A stretch of 58,277 nucleotides of DNA from the IMG/VR virus record IMGVR_UViG_3300025018_000174, positions 1 through 58,277 of that record. One strand, 5' to 3'. Below, in pieces: positions 46,190 through 55,179 of the stretch; the stretch's first letter is position 1; every line of letters starts with the position of its first letter. Both the position numbers and the translations under genes were made by a program. The DNA comes from a virus (lineage: Duplodnaviria; Caudoviricetes). The notes under the pieces were generated by a model. The model was not told where the DNA came from. It did no database searches and was given only the letters and a program-made list of their open reading frames with translations.

Positions 46190-47020
46190 TTACGACGCCG
46201 GCGACATGGCCCCGACATGGACGCCAGCGGCTTTGGCCATACGATCGGCCTTGCCCGGGTCCGTGCGGACGAGTTGGGCCTGGGCTTCGATGCTCCAGTT
46301 GTCCTTCGTCCACGGGTTGGAAGTCGTGCCACCGTCCTTCGAACCGCCGCCAGCGCCACCGCCCTGGGACGCCGGCCACCAGTGCGGGCGCTTCTCCTTC
46401 ATGTCCGACAGCCAGACGTCGGGCGTGACACCCGCCGGCACGTTCCGCAGGCCCTGACGGGTCACAACGGCGCCGTCCTCGGCAACCTCGAAGATGTTGG
46501 CCCCGATGTCCAGAATGTCATCCAGCGCCGAGGTCACGACCTTGCCTTCCGTGGCATGCCGGCGGAGCTCGCTCTCAACGGTGCCCCGCGTGATCGTGCC
46601 CTTCAGCGTGCCGTTCTCGGTTTCCAGCTCGGTGTTGCGGGTCTTCAGGCGATCGCGTTCCCGCTCGACCGGAGCCAGGCGACGCTGGACACGCTGTTCG
46701 ACCAGTTCTTCGACCTTCTTGTCATCGATCTTGCCGCCCTCGCCGCTTTCCACGCGAAGCTTCAGCTCCTCGTATTCATCCAGCTTTTCCACCAGGGCGT
46801 CGGCGTCGAGGTCGGGACCGCCGAGCTTGGCCAGCACGTCCTTGACCTTCTTGTGGTCTTCACGCTCCTTGCGGAGGCTTTCGGTCAGACGGGAAATGTC
46901 TTCCGAGGTCTTCATGCCTTCGACACCGGTCAGATGCCACTTGCCATCCTTCTCGGTGTAGAGGGCTTCATACCCGTTCGGAATGTCTTCCTGCGTCCCA
47001 TACACAAGCTTCAGTTTCAT
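46190..47020 (-). CDS. Capsid scaffolding protein
   Basis: LY.EKDG, L.KER coiled coil, S.GGGA.G...NPW; position before the capsid gene. Confidence 0.8.
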   Translation of the reverse strand: MKLKLVYGTQEDIPNGYEALYTEKDGKWHLTGVEGMKTSEDISRLTESLRKEREDHKKVKDVLAKLGGPDLDADALVEKLDEYEELKLRVESGEGGKIDDKKVEELVEQRVQRRLAPVERERDRLKTRNTELETENGTLKGTITRGTVESELRRHATEGKVVTSALDDILDIGANIFEVAEDGAVVTRQGLRNVPAGVTPDVWLSDMKEKRPHWWPASQGGGAGGGSKDGGTTSNPWTKDNWSIEAQAQLVRTDPGKADRMAKAAGVHVGAMSPAS

Positions 47021-47072
47021 GGTCTTCTCCTCTTAAAGGCGATCATACGCCCCGGCCACCATTGGCCTAGTT

Positions 47073-48089
47073 TCACTGATACGGGATTGCCATACCAGCA
47101 TTCTCGAACACGCGCCCCTCACGAGCAGCGAGCCCTTGAATTGACGTGCCCCGCCACCGACGTTCGGTGAAGCGGGTTACTTCCTTGTTTCCATCACGGA
47201 AAGCTGCCCCATCTTTCTTGCCAAGCACTTCGTCCTGGAAGACGGAGTCCTGACGACGGAGCCATTTGGGGTAGCCCGGAACAGTAAGGGCCGAGCCGCC
47301 GTCGACCAATGGAACACGGATCGATCGGCAATTGAAGTGCAGAGGCGGGCGCGGGCCTTCTGTTTTGCGGAACACTCGGCCATTCAGCCCTCGACAAGTG
47401 TCAGTGGTGCGGCTGTCCAAGACCGCCACATACTTTTCCCACTTGACCTCGGCGTTCTCCATCATGGTGCGCATGCGGGCCAAGTCAGCAAAGGACGTCA
47501 GGGCCGAGCGCACCAAGCTGTCAAGCTCGTTCCTAGCTGCCTGAAACGCGCCATCGGTGCCTCCGAAAGCAGCATGGCCCAGAAGCCGCAGGCGCATAGC
47601 CTCGGCACTCTCGCCGAGACCTGCACCGACCCGCATATTTTGCACCACCCGGTTGAGGTCATTGGCCTCCAGGCGTGAACGCCAGTCATCCAGGGTGTTG
47701 CCCATGACAGTGGTCGAGGAGGCCAGAGAGCTCAACGAGGGAGGAAGCGTCAAGGTGCGGATGGGCTGAGCCGCGGCCGCAAGGAATTGAGGCTCGTAGT
47801 CGAGCAGGAGTTCCAGCTGAGACTGGGTAGTCTCAAAGGCACGACGGAACCCAAGGTTGCGAACCGTTGCGATGGCTTGGATATGCTGGTCGATGATCCG
47901 GCGTCCCAAGAAGTCGTCCGGGCGGATGGTTCCACCACGAGCCAGAATGGCAGCGGCTAGTGCCGCTGCCAATGCTCCGACCTCTTCTTCAGTCTGATCC
48001 AGCTCCTTTTGTGCTTCTGCTTGGACAAAGACTGCCACTTGCAGGAGCCGAACTTGGTGCTGGATCAGCCAATCAAGGAACTTGTCCAT
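47073..48089 (-). CDS. Minor head protein (SPP1 gp7/Mu gpF family)
   Basis: AVLDSRTT..C..L.G and PPLHFNCRS motifs. Confidence 0.88.
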   Translation of the reverse strand: MDKFLDWLIQHQVRLLQVAVFVQAEAQKELDQTEEEVGALAAALAAAILARGGTIRPDDFLGRRIIDQHIQAIATVRNLGFRRAFETTQSQLELLLDYEPQFLAAAAQPIRTLTLPPSLSSLASSTTVMGNTLDDWRSRLEANDLNRVVQNMRVGAGLGESAEAMRLRLLGHAAFGGTDGAFQAARNELDSLVRSALTSFADLARMRTMMENAEVKWEKYVAVLDSRTTDTCRGLNGRVFRKTEGPRPPLHFNCRSIRVPLVDGGSALTVPGYPKWLRRQDSVFQDEVLGKKDGAAFRDGNKEVTRFTERRWRGTSIQGLAAREGRVFENAGMAIPYQ

Positions 48090-48092
48090 AGA

Positions 48093-49631
48093 TCAGTTGT
48101 CCGTTTTGCCGGTGCTGCCCGGGGTCTGTTGTTGGGTCTTCTGCCGCGGGTCCATGTTTTGGCCTTGGTCCTGCGGCTTCTCTTTGGTGGGGTCGAGCAT
48201 GGTGCCGAGGGTGAGGGGCTTTTCGCCGTCGATTTCGTCCATCTCGTCTTCGAAGGTCTTTTGGGTGAGGTCCTTCTTGCGGAAGACATTGTGGATGGAC
48301 TTGAGCGACAGCGGCGCACCCATGGCCTTGGCCTGCATGAACTCCAGAACGTCCTGGCCCGTGAAGCTGTCGTCGGTGAAGTCCAGGTTGGGTTCGACAA
48401 GAACCTTCTTGGGGTCTTCACCAATGAACTCGGCAATGTGGCGAAGGGCTTGCTGAAGCCCAGCCGCGCCGGTCTTGGCCAGTGTGGTCAGGTTGGTGGT
48501 CCGAGCAGCCACACGGATACGCAGGGCATCACCAGACTGCCGGGCAGTGTCACCGAAGTCCAGCAGGCGTGCACCACGCTCGGCTGCCTGTTCCTTGTCG
48601 TTCTCCAGAGCTTGCCGTTGCTCAGCAAGCCCGTCGGCCTTGACGCCAATATACTTGGCATCGCCGCCCATGGCCAGCTCAAGCTTGGCCCCGGCGCCCA
48701 CGCGCAGGCTTTCATCGTCACCGTCGATGGCCGCCCCGATCACGACGAGGGTCTCTTGCCCTTGCATGAACAGGGTTTGCCGATAGTCAGCCTCGCCACG
48801 GTAGATGGCCAGAGCAAGGTTGCTGAGGCCAATCAGCACGGGCGCTTCCGGCGAGGACTCAAGGTCCCCGCCGTTGATGAAGGTGAATGGAATGTAGGGC
48901 AGTTCACGGCCGGCGATCGAAGGACGGACGGCCTGACCACCAGCGAGCGGGCCATCTTTGCCACGGATGGCAATCGAAACAAAGCCTGCACCAGTGATCG
49001 CGGTGGAACCAAGCAGGGTCACCTTGTCACTCGTGGGCGCCAGCAGCACGCGATACTTGTCCTGCTTCACCCAGTTGAAGTCGCCGGAGATTTCATTCTC
49101 GCTCTCGTCCAGCACAAGCATCTGCAGCGCTTGGTGGGTAACCTCGCGCTTGCCCATGTCCCAGTTGATGATGGTCTTGGCCTCGTAGGTGGCAATATAG
49201 GGCAGAGCCCCGGGGCCTTGGCCGGAAGGCACGTCGACCAACAGGCCGAACCTGGAGTCCCGCAGCTGATGGAAGTTGATGGTCCGCAGCAGGGCCTCAA
49301 GCGAGTGGCCCTCCGCGGTGATCTTGTCGCGGAGGGGCTCCATGCGGGCGGGCAGGGTGATGGTCGGTGGCTTCCGGTGCATCACGTTCACCATCATGGT
49401 GATCGCGTCCTTCACAAAGTCATGGAACACCGCCCGCTTGAGATAGGCTTCATAGGCCTTGTATCCCGGAGCATTGGCGTTTTCCATGCCATCTGCCACC
49501 ATGCCGGACGTGGCAGGGAGGTAGAGCGTTCGCCCTTCCTTGACTTTGCGTTGCCCGTCGAAGGTGTCGGCCATCTGGGTCCAGTCTTCCAGATACTCGG
49601 CATACTCGGGGTGCTTGGCGTCGACGCCCAT
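48093..49631 (-). CDS. Portal protein (DUF4055-like)
   Basis: HPEY...W, YLP, Y..Y..RA, IINW and IPF motifs; follows terL. Confidence 0.88.
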   Translation of the reverse strand: MGVDAKHPEYAEYLEDWTQMADTFDGQRKVKEGRTLYLPATSGMVADGMENANAPGYKAYEAYLKRAVFHDFVKDAITMMVNVMHRKPPTITLPARMEPLRDKITAEGHSLEALLRTINFHQLRDSRFGLLVDVPSGQGPGALPYIATYEAKTIINWDMGKREVTHQALQMLVLDESENEISGDFNWVKQDKYRVLLAPTSDKVTLLGSTAITGAGFVSIAIRGKDGPLAGGQAVRPSIAGRELPYIPFTFINGGDLESSPEAPVLIGLSNLALAIYRGEADYRQTLFMQGQETLVVIGAAIDGDDESLRVGAGAKLELAMGGDAKYIGVKADGLAEQRQALENDKEQAAERGARLLDFGDTARQSGDALRIRVAARTTNLTTLAKTGAAGLQQALRHIAEFIGEDPKKVLVEPNLDFTDDSFTGQDVLEFMQAKAMGAPLSLKSIHNVFRKKDLTQKTFEDEMDEIDGEKPLTLGTMLDPTKEKPQDQGQNMDPRQKTQQQTPGSTGKTDN

Positions 49632-49641
49632 TTTGGTCTCC

Positions 49642-51285
49642 TTAGTAAAGGCCGGTAGTGCGGCCGCCAGTCACTTCGCGTTTCCGAGCCCGAACCCGAT
49701 ACCGGCATTCGTCCCCGATGTGGTCTTCCGACTTGCTGTCCACGTCGTCCATGTCGTCCTCGTCCCGTGGCAAGCCCGGAATGGTCCGGACAAACTGGTC
49801 GCAAGTGCTGAACACAAACAACGCCGGCTGCTCGCGAATGCCCTCCTTTGGCGGGACGGCATTCCTCATCAATTTCCTCAGCTGTTCCCAGCCTTGCTTC
49901 CGAGAGCCGGGAGACTTGTCTGCCGGAACCCAGTTAATCCCGGAATAGAGCAACCCACCAATCCGCACCGGCTGGGCCATATCAGTGGCCTTGCTTTTGG
50001 CGGACGGGTCTTGTTTGTTCCGTCCCAGTTCGTCGTCAAAGATGGCAGTATCCGCAGGGCCCGTTCGAACGCGGCACCAACGCCTGTTCTCCGAGTTGCG
50101 GTAACCCCACTCAAGCTCACGTTCGACTATACCACGAGAGATTTCGGTTGCAAGCAGCCGTGAACCCTCGTTTGGTTTTCCCGTCCAGCCATACCACTCT
50201 GCGATCCGGAACAAGTCGCCACGAACAGTGGACCGCCGATGGCCAAAGGCGTCCACGTAATCCGTGCCATCGCTCTCAGCCCACCAGCCGACGCTGAACG
50301 GAGCAGAAGAGCCCCAGTCAAAGCTTCGGTCAATCTTCCACGAAGTCGGGATTTTGAAGGGCTCAAGGAGAATATGATCCTTGCCTGCATACCAGACATC
50401 ATCGAACATGCCGCCAGCAACGATGTCCCAAGACCCGTCCATCCATGCTGCCAGTTCTGCAGGGTTCCGAGCAGCGGTGCGGATATTCTTCTTGTAGTCA
50501 GGGTCAGCGCGCAGCAGGACTTTGTTCTCGTCCAGATAGCCGTGGATAGCCACCCGGGGGAGCTCGAGCTCGCCTGAGCTGTCTCGGCTGTCCTTGATAA
50601 GCTTCCCGATAATCTGGCCCTTCCGAACGGGCAGCTGATAGCGCATCTTCACCCAGTTATGCCCGACGCCATAAGGGTTGGTCGTCGAGCGGACACGCCG
50701 GGGCATCCCCACCTTCGTCGAACGAAGGCAGGAGAACATGGACTTGAAGCACTTGTCGTCAGCCCAGGTCGTCAATTCTTCCCAGCCAATCCACGGGTAG
50801 GCGTGGCCGTGATACTTCCAGTAGTCCGACGGCTTGGAGAACTGGCGGAAGTAGAGCTTCTCACCGGTGGGCCACTGCCAGAAAGACTTGGTCTCGTTAT
50901 ACTCCGCACGGGGCCAGATACGAGGGATCCATTTCTTGGATTTCTCGATGATGTCCTGCAAGTCGGGATAGGCTTTCCGGAAGATGATGCCCTTCCATTC
51001 AACGCCCCATCCTTTGCCGACCTCCTGACAGAAGTCCATGATGAGAGCGTCAGTCTTGCCGGGGCCTCGCGTCCCTTCGTAGAGCGCTTCGACCACTGGA
51101 CAACTCAGGAAGGCCTCTTGGCTTCCGGGCTGAGGGGCCCAGACACACTCCTCGGCCCGCCCGTTGTTCTTCACAACGTAAGGGCGGAACCCTTCCGCAG
51201 TGTCCCGCCACTCGACCCGAGCCGCTCCAGCCTGTGCGCTTGCCGCAGTGAAGTTAACTGCCATTGCTGGTAGCTCCTTCATCAT
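49642..51285 (-). CDS. terL: Terminase large subunit
   Basis: W.PQPGSQ, GTRGPGKT, WEEL, TTNP.G.GH.WVK, FDWG and EDH..DE.RY motifs; start may be 51264. Confidence 0.92.
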   Translation of the reverse strand: MMKELPAMAVNFTAASAQAGAARVEWRDTAEGFRPYVVKNNGRAEECVWAPQPGSQEAFLSCPVVEALYEGTRGPGKTDALIMDFCQEVGKGWGVEWKGIIFRKAYPDLQDIIEKSKKWIPRIWPRAEYNETKSFWQWPTGEKLYFRQFSKPSDYWKYHGHAYPWIGWEELTTWADDKCFKSMFSCLRSTKVGMPRRVRSTTNPYGVGHNWVKMRYQLPVRKGQIIGKLIKDSRDSSGELELPRVAIHGYLDENKVLLRADPDYKKNIRTAARNPAELAAWMDGSWDIVAGGMFDDVWYAGKDHILLEPFKIPTSWKIDRSFDWGSSAPFSVGWWAESDGTDYVDAFGHRRSTVRGDLFRIAEWYGWTGKPNEGSRLLATEISRGIVERELEWGYRNSENRRWCRVRTGPADTAIFDDELGRNKQDPSAKSKATDMAQPVRIGGLLYSGINWVPADKSPGSRKQGWEQLRKLMRNAVPPKEGIREQPALFVFSTCDQFVRTIPGLPRDEDDMDDVDSKSEDHIGDECRYRVRARKREVTGGRTTGLY

Positions 51286-51745
51286 ACCATTCGGCCGCTT
51301 TCATGGCATTCGTGAGCCCGCGGTCAAGCAGAAGGTTCACGCCATAGTCGACGGCGACAGGTCGGCCCTCGTAAATGCCCCAGTTGCTGATCTTCATGTC
51401 CGTGAAAAAGCTCGGAACCTTCTCGGGCAGCTCCTCGCGACGCGCCGGACGGGCATATTGCTGAACAAGCACGATGCCGTTGGGCGAGATTGCCACGCAG
51501 GGAGCAAACCAGGGTTCCCATTTGGTGCCCTGGACGCTCTGCCAGACTTTCCACTCCATCACGTTCTGGAAAAAAGTGCCCTCGGTCTCAAACTTGAAGA
51601 CCTGATGGCTGTTCAGGTCATTCCGCACCACTGTCCGAGCCGCGCCGGAGCCAAGGTGCTGGCCCATGACGAGCATGAACAGGTCCTTGGCCACCGTGGT
51701 CTTCAGATAGGAGTTGATCCGGTCGTCAACTTGAGGGTCACGCAT
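51254..51745 (-). CDS. Small protein-kinase-like protein
   Basis: LGSGAAR, VFK, N..E, DMKISN and DYG in kinase order. Confidence 0.6.
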   Translation of the reverse strand: MRDPQVDDRINSYLKTTVAKDLFMLVMGQHLGSGAARTVVRNDLNSHQVFKFETEGTFFQNVMEWKVWQSVQGTKWEPWFAPCVAISPNGIVLVQQYARPARREELPEKVPSFFTDMKISNWGIYEGRPVAVDYGVNLLLDRGLTNAMKAAEWYDEGATSNGS

Positions 51746-51941
51746 TGACCACAATCCTCTTCTTGATCCAGCCGGTCTTCGGACTGTGGACATAAATGAT
51801 GTTAGCCCATTTGTGGGCCAAGCGAAGGGCTTGGCGGTAGGTCAGGCCAACGCGAGCGGCTTTATTGGCCCCGCTGCGCCTCACAGCCCAGCCCGGATGG
51901 CGATGATAGCCGCTCCGCCATGTGAGGTGATAGTTGCTCAT
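51738..51941 (-). CDS. DUF2188-like small basic protein
   Basis: GWAVRRSGA..A......A...A.....VH...G.I pattern; ATGA overlap. Confidence 0.55.
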   Translation of the reverse strand: MSNYHLTWRSGYHRHPGWAVRRSGANKAARVGLTYRQALRLAHKWANIIYVHSPKTGWIKKRIVVNA

Positions 51942-52819
51942 GCCAGTGGGTCCAGCTCGTCATACTGATCCGGAGTTGCCGGCCCGTGGTTTTCCGGGTT
52001 CAGCGGGCTATCCTTCCAGGCGATGCCGGCCCCACGCAGCGTATGCGGCTTGGGATTGCTGCGGAGCAGGGCATCGGCAAGCTCTGCTTCCTCCTCGGGC
52101 GTCTGGCGCAAGGCCTTCTGCATCTGGGCACGCTCGAGCTTCTGCCGGACACTCGTGGTCGGAGCAGTCTTCTCGGGTTCAACCGCCGTGGCGGTGCCGT
52201 CGATGGTCTTGCCGTCCTCATTGTTTGCGAACCGAGCCGACCAATCATCTGCAGTCATGACGGCGCCGGTGATGGCCAGAACGCCACCACTGACTTCCGC
52301 TTCAATCTTGACGTTCTCCCGGAACTTGTCGGGGCGACGGGCCTTCAGCAGGAGCTCAAGCATCCGGTCACTGTAGCGGCGGATCGTGAGCGGGATGGGC
52401 TGAAGGTTGGCGTCCAGTTCCAGTTCGCCAGTTTTCGGGTCCCGCACAAAGGCCTGAATGCCCTTGTGGATGACCGGCTCTTCATATCCCCGCACACCAC
52501 GACGATCCGCCTCGTCTTCCAGCCGGTCAGCACTCAGCTCAATGGCTGCTTCCCAGGCTTCATGGAACTCGGCGACCAAAGGATTGCCATCGTCGTCTTC
52601 CCCGCCCATGTCGATGGTGTATCCCGGATACCCATCCTCGGACCGGCGCTTCCAGTAATACGCCAGCCAGGGTGTGATCCCCGTGCCAGTCCGACGCGCT
52701 GCCTCTGTGATATTCCCGCAGTCCGCCAGTTCCGCGACAAACTGCTCCAGGACTTCTTTGGAGCGCTTCTGGTTGTGAGGCGGTTTGCCTGCGTTGCTTG
52801 ACGGGCGGTGCATGGCCAT
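51938..52819 (-). CDS. terS: Terminase small subunit
   Basis: N-terminal HTH; LEDEADRR...G and YSD.ML..LLKA.RP.KF motifs. Confidence 0.85.
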   Translation of the reverse strand: MAMHRPSSNAGKPPHNQKRSKEVLEQFVAELADCGNITEAARRTGTGITPWLAYYWKRRSEDGYPGYTIDMGGEDDDGNPLVAEFHEAWEAAIELSADRLEDEADRRGVRGYEEPVIHKGIQAFVRDPKTGELELDANLQPIPLTIRRYSDRMLELLLKARRPDKFRENVKIEAEVSGGVLAITGAVMTADDWSARFANNEDGKTIDGTATAVEPEKTAPTTSVRQKLERAQMQKALRQTPEEEAELADALLRSNPKPHTLRGAGIAWKDSPLNPENHGPATPDQYDELDPLA

Positions 52820-52857
52820 GGGCGTAAATCCTGCAAAGCTGTATGGGAGTTAGAGCA

Positions 52858-52891
52858 ATGATGCCCTAAGACTGTGAGCGCTGTAAGCCAG
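52858..52891 (-). promoter_or_regulatory. Candidate late promoter of terS
   Basis: CTGG-CTTACA-N18-CATCAT. Confidence 0.45.
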
Positions 52892-53210
52892 CTTTTCGAT
52901 TTTCCAATTTTTCTATAATTTTTCTGCAGAGTGGATGGAAGGTGAGGGCTCCAGATACTAGGCCGGGGCCCCGCCACTGGTGGGTCCCAGTAACGGAACT
53001 TTGGACCTCTCATTGTTGTGCATGTGGAGCGCAGGCAGGGCATGCGACATATTTGTCGCGTGCCATACCCCTACCCGACAAAATAGATCGGGAATATGAC
53101 GAAATATTTCAAGCCTCGTAACGAAATGTCATTGTACATTCCCAATCAAACGTCCTATATTGAATTCATGAGACGAACGACAGGACGTCAAGACAAAAGG
53201 ACAGACGATC

Positions 53211-53417
53211 ATGACGAAGAACGAATATGAGAAATCCCTCTTGGGGATTTACGACCTCACGTCTGAAGGGATTGACATCTCCATAAGGGAATGTCTTGAA
53301 TTGGAATTGGAGAATATCTCTTTCTCCATGTCCCTCTATCTCGAAGAGGGGAATATCGCGGAGCTGCGTCATTGGGCCCAACGCCTCGCGGACTATAAAG
53401 CCTATATCATGGGCTAA
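53211..53417 (+). CDS. Hypothetical early protein
   Basis: AAGGA RBS after an AT-rich promoter-like stretch (TTGTAC-N18-TATATT). Confidence 0.6.
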   Translation: MTKNEYEKSLLGIYDLTSEGIDISIRECLELELENISFSMSLYLEEGNIAELRHWAQRLADYKAYIMG

Positions 53418-53483
53418 TATCTCGTAGGCCCTTATCTTTCAAATCCATGTCCAAAGCCCCTTGGGGCAACAAAGGAGCCAACC

Positions 53484-53756
53484 ATGTCCACTACCACCAT
53501 AAGCGCCTGTGTCCTCTCCCTCCTCATGAAGGGCAACATGCCTTACAAGGAGATTGCCATCGAGGTCCGCAAGGCCTTTCCCGATGCGCAGACCACCCAC
53601 AAGTCTGTGGCCTCTTTGGCCCGTGACTTCCGCAAGGCGGGCAAGTTGCCCCGTGTCACTTCCACTGAACCCACTGTGGAAGAGCCCATCGATGATGGCC
53701 AACTGTCCATGCTGCCCATCCTTGAGGCTGCGGAATTCCAACCCTCCCTCATCTGA
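53484..53756 (+). CDS. Putative HTH protein (FPDAxTT family)
   Basis: AAGGAG RBS; similar to 16201 and 54682. Confidence 0.75.
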   Translation: MSTTTISACVLSLLMKGNMPYKEIAIEVRKAFPDAQTTHKSVASLARDFRKAGKLPRVTSTEPTVEEPIDDGQLSMLPILEAAEFQPSLI

Positions 53757-53776
53757 TCCTTCCTTCCTTGCAGACT

Positions 53777-53800
53777 GGCACCCCGAAAGGGGTGCCCTTT
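53777..53800 (+). terminator. Rho-independent terminator
   Basis: ggcacccc-gaaa-ggggtgcc followed by cttt. Confidence 0.75.
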
Positions 53801-53860
53801 CAAGGCAGACTGTGATAGCCTGTCTTGACAGGGCACCGTTGCCCTTTGAGGAGAACAATC

Positions 53861-54055
53861 ATGTCCGTCTTTATCCTTACCATCGAGGACCAAGCGAATT
53901 TCCAGCAACTGGAGCACAAATCCGTCTGGGCCACCTACCATCGCGCCTTGGCCAAAGCCAAAGAAGAAGTTGCCCGTCTTATCGAGCGGGACAAACATCA
54001 TGGGCTGGGTGACACTTTTTCGGTGGACATCCAAGAATATGAGGTGCAAGAATGA
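53861..54055 (+). CDS. Hypothetical early protein
   Basis: GAGGAG RBS. Confidence 0.65.
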   Translation: MSVFILTIEDQANFQQLEHKSVWATYHRALAKAKEEVARLIERDKHHGLGDTFSVDIQEYEVQE

Positions 54056-54348
54056 CCCTCTTCCCTCGCATGGCGGAGCATCACTCGGGCTTCGACCAAT
54101 CCACTCTGCCCACCATTCCACCTGACTGGGTGGACACCTCGTGGGTGAATGACTGCTGCCCGTCTTTCGAGGTTCCGGGCAAGCCCGTTCGGGTCTGGAT
54201 TGACTACCCTGATCCGAATGACCGCGAGTTCCCCACGGATGGCCGTTTCATGGTCACCGCGATGGACGGCGATCAACTGAGCGACCTCACCCTTGTTGAC
54301 CCGACCGATGACTGGTCGGCCATTCTGGAGTATCTGACCCATGTCTGA
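54052..54348 (+). CDS. Hypothetical early protein
   Basis: ATGA overlap; W.DTSW.ND.CPSF motif. Confidence 0.7.
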   Translation: MTLFPRMAEHHSGFDQSTLPTIPPDWVDTSWVNDCCPSFEVPGKPVRVWIDYPDPNDREFPTDGRFMVTAMDGDQLSDLTLVDPTDDWSAILEYLTHV

Positions 54349-54556
54349 CCGTGTTCTTTTCACCCTGACCAAGAAGCTGGCCAATGGCAACGTGGCTACC
54401 ATCCCGTTGACCGAACGCCAGTCCAACCTGATCAGCACCCTTCTTGACTTCCACGACGGGGAGTTTGCTGACGAGGACCTCGCCGAAGCACCCTACTCGG
54501 TTGAAACCCTCGACGAGATACTGATGCTCCGCGATCACCTCGCGAAGATGCCCTGA
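54341..54556 (+). CDS. Hypothetical early protein
   Basis: GGAG RBS; overlap with the upstream gene. Confidence 0.6.
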   Translation: MSDRVLFTLTKKLANGNVATIPLTERQSNLISTLLDFHDGEFADEDLAEAPYSVETLDEILMLRDHLAKMP

Positions 54557-54681
54557 AGAAAACTTGACTAGCCCGTCGTTTTTGTGTTTACATGGGCCAG
54601 TCGATCAGCGTAACATCTATTCATGCCGACGACGAACCTACTGTCCGTCACATGGCACCAACCCTGAAAGGAAACTACACC

Positions 54682-55086
54682 ATGTCCAACCTGAGCAAAA
54701 TGACCGTCAAAGACCTCGTGGCCCTGCACAACCAGCAGCCCGGTGCCGAACAGCTGACCAGCTGGAAAGGCAAGAAAGACCTGCTGATCGAGAAGGTCAA
54801 GGAAGCCATCAAGAAGGGCCGTGGCACCGTCACGATCAAGTCGGTGTCGGTTGACCTGCTGATGGCCACCGACTTCACCGACAACGACGGCCGGGCCGTG
54901 GGCTTCTCCTACGATCACATCCTCGAGAAAGTGCTCGAGCAGTTCCCCGACGCCAACACCACGGTCAAGTGCCTCCGCTGGTATGCGACCCACCTGAACA
55001 AGGACACCAATGTCAAGATGCCCATCCGCCCGCGCAAGAAGATCGAACGGCCTGCCGCCGAAGCGGAGGCTGATCCGACGGCCTGA
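54682..55086 (+). CDS. Putative DNA-binding protein (FPDAxTT family)
   Basis: AAGGA RBS; ends DPTA; followed by a hairpin at 55094-55118. Confidence 0.8.
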   Translation: MSNLSKMTVKDLVALHNQQPGAEQLTSWKGKKDLLIEKVKEAIKKGRGTVTIKSVSVDLLMATDFTDNDGRAVGFSYDHILEKVLEQFPDANTTVKCLRWYATHLNKDTNVKMPIRPRKKIERPAAEAEADPTA

Positions 55087-55179
55087 CCACACTGGACTGG
55101 CGGCAAGTCCGCCGGTCCAACCCTCCGAGTAGCCCCGGGCTATTTCGATGGTTGGATCAAACAAGGAGATACCCCCACC

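Noticed and set aside
40193-49658. Long + strand ORFs (e.g. 40193-41821, 45020-46012, 48009-49658) and similar antisense ORFs across the genome
   Set aside because: They are shadows of GC-rich codon usage on the opposite strand, with no RBS or recognisable motifs
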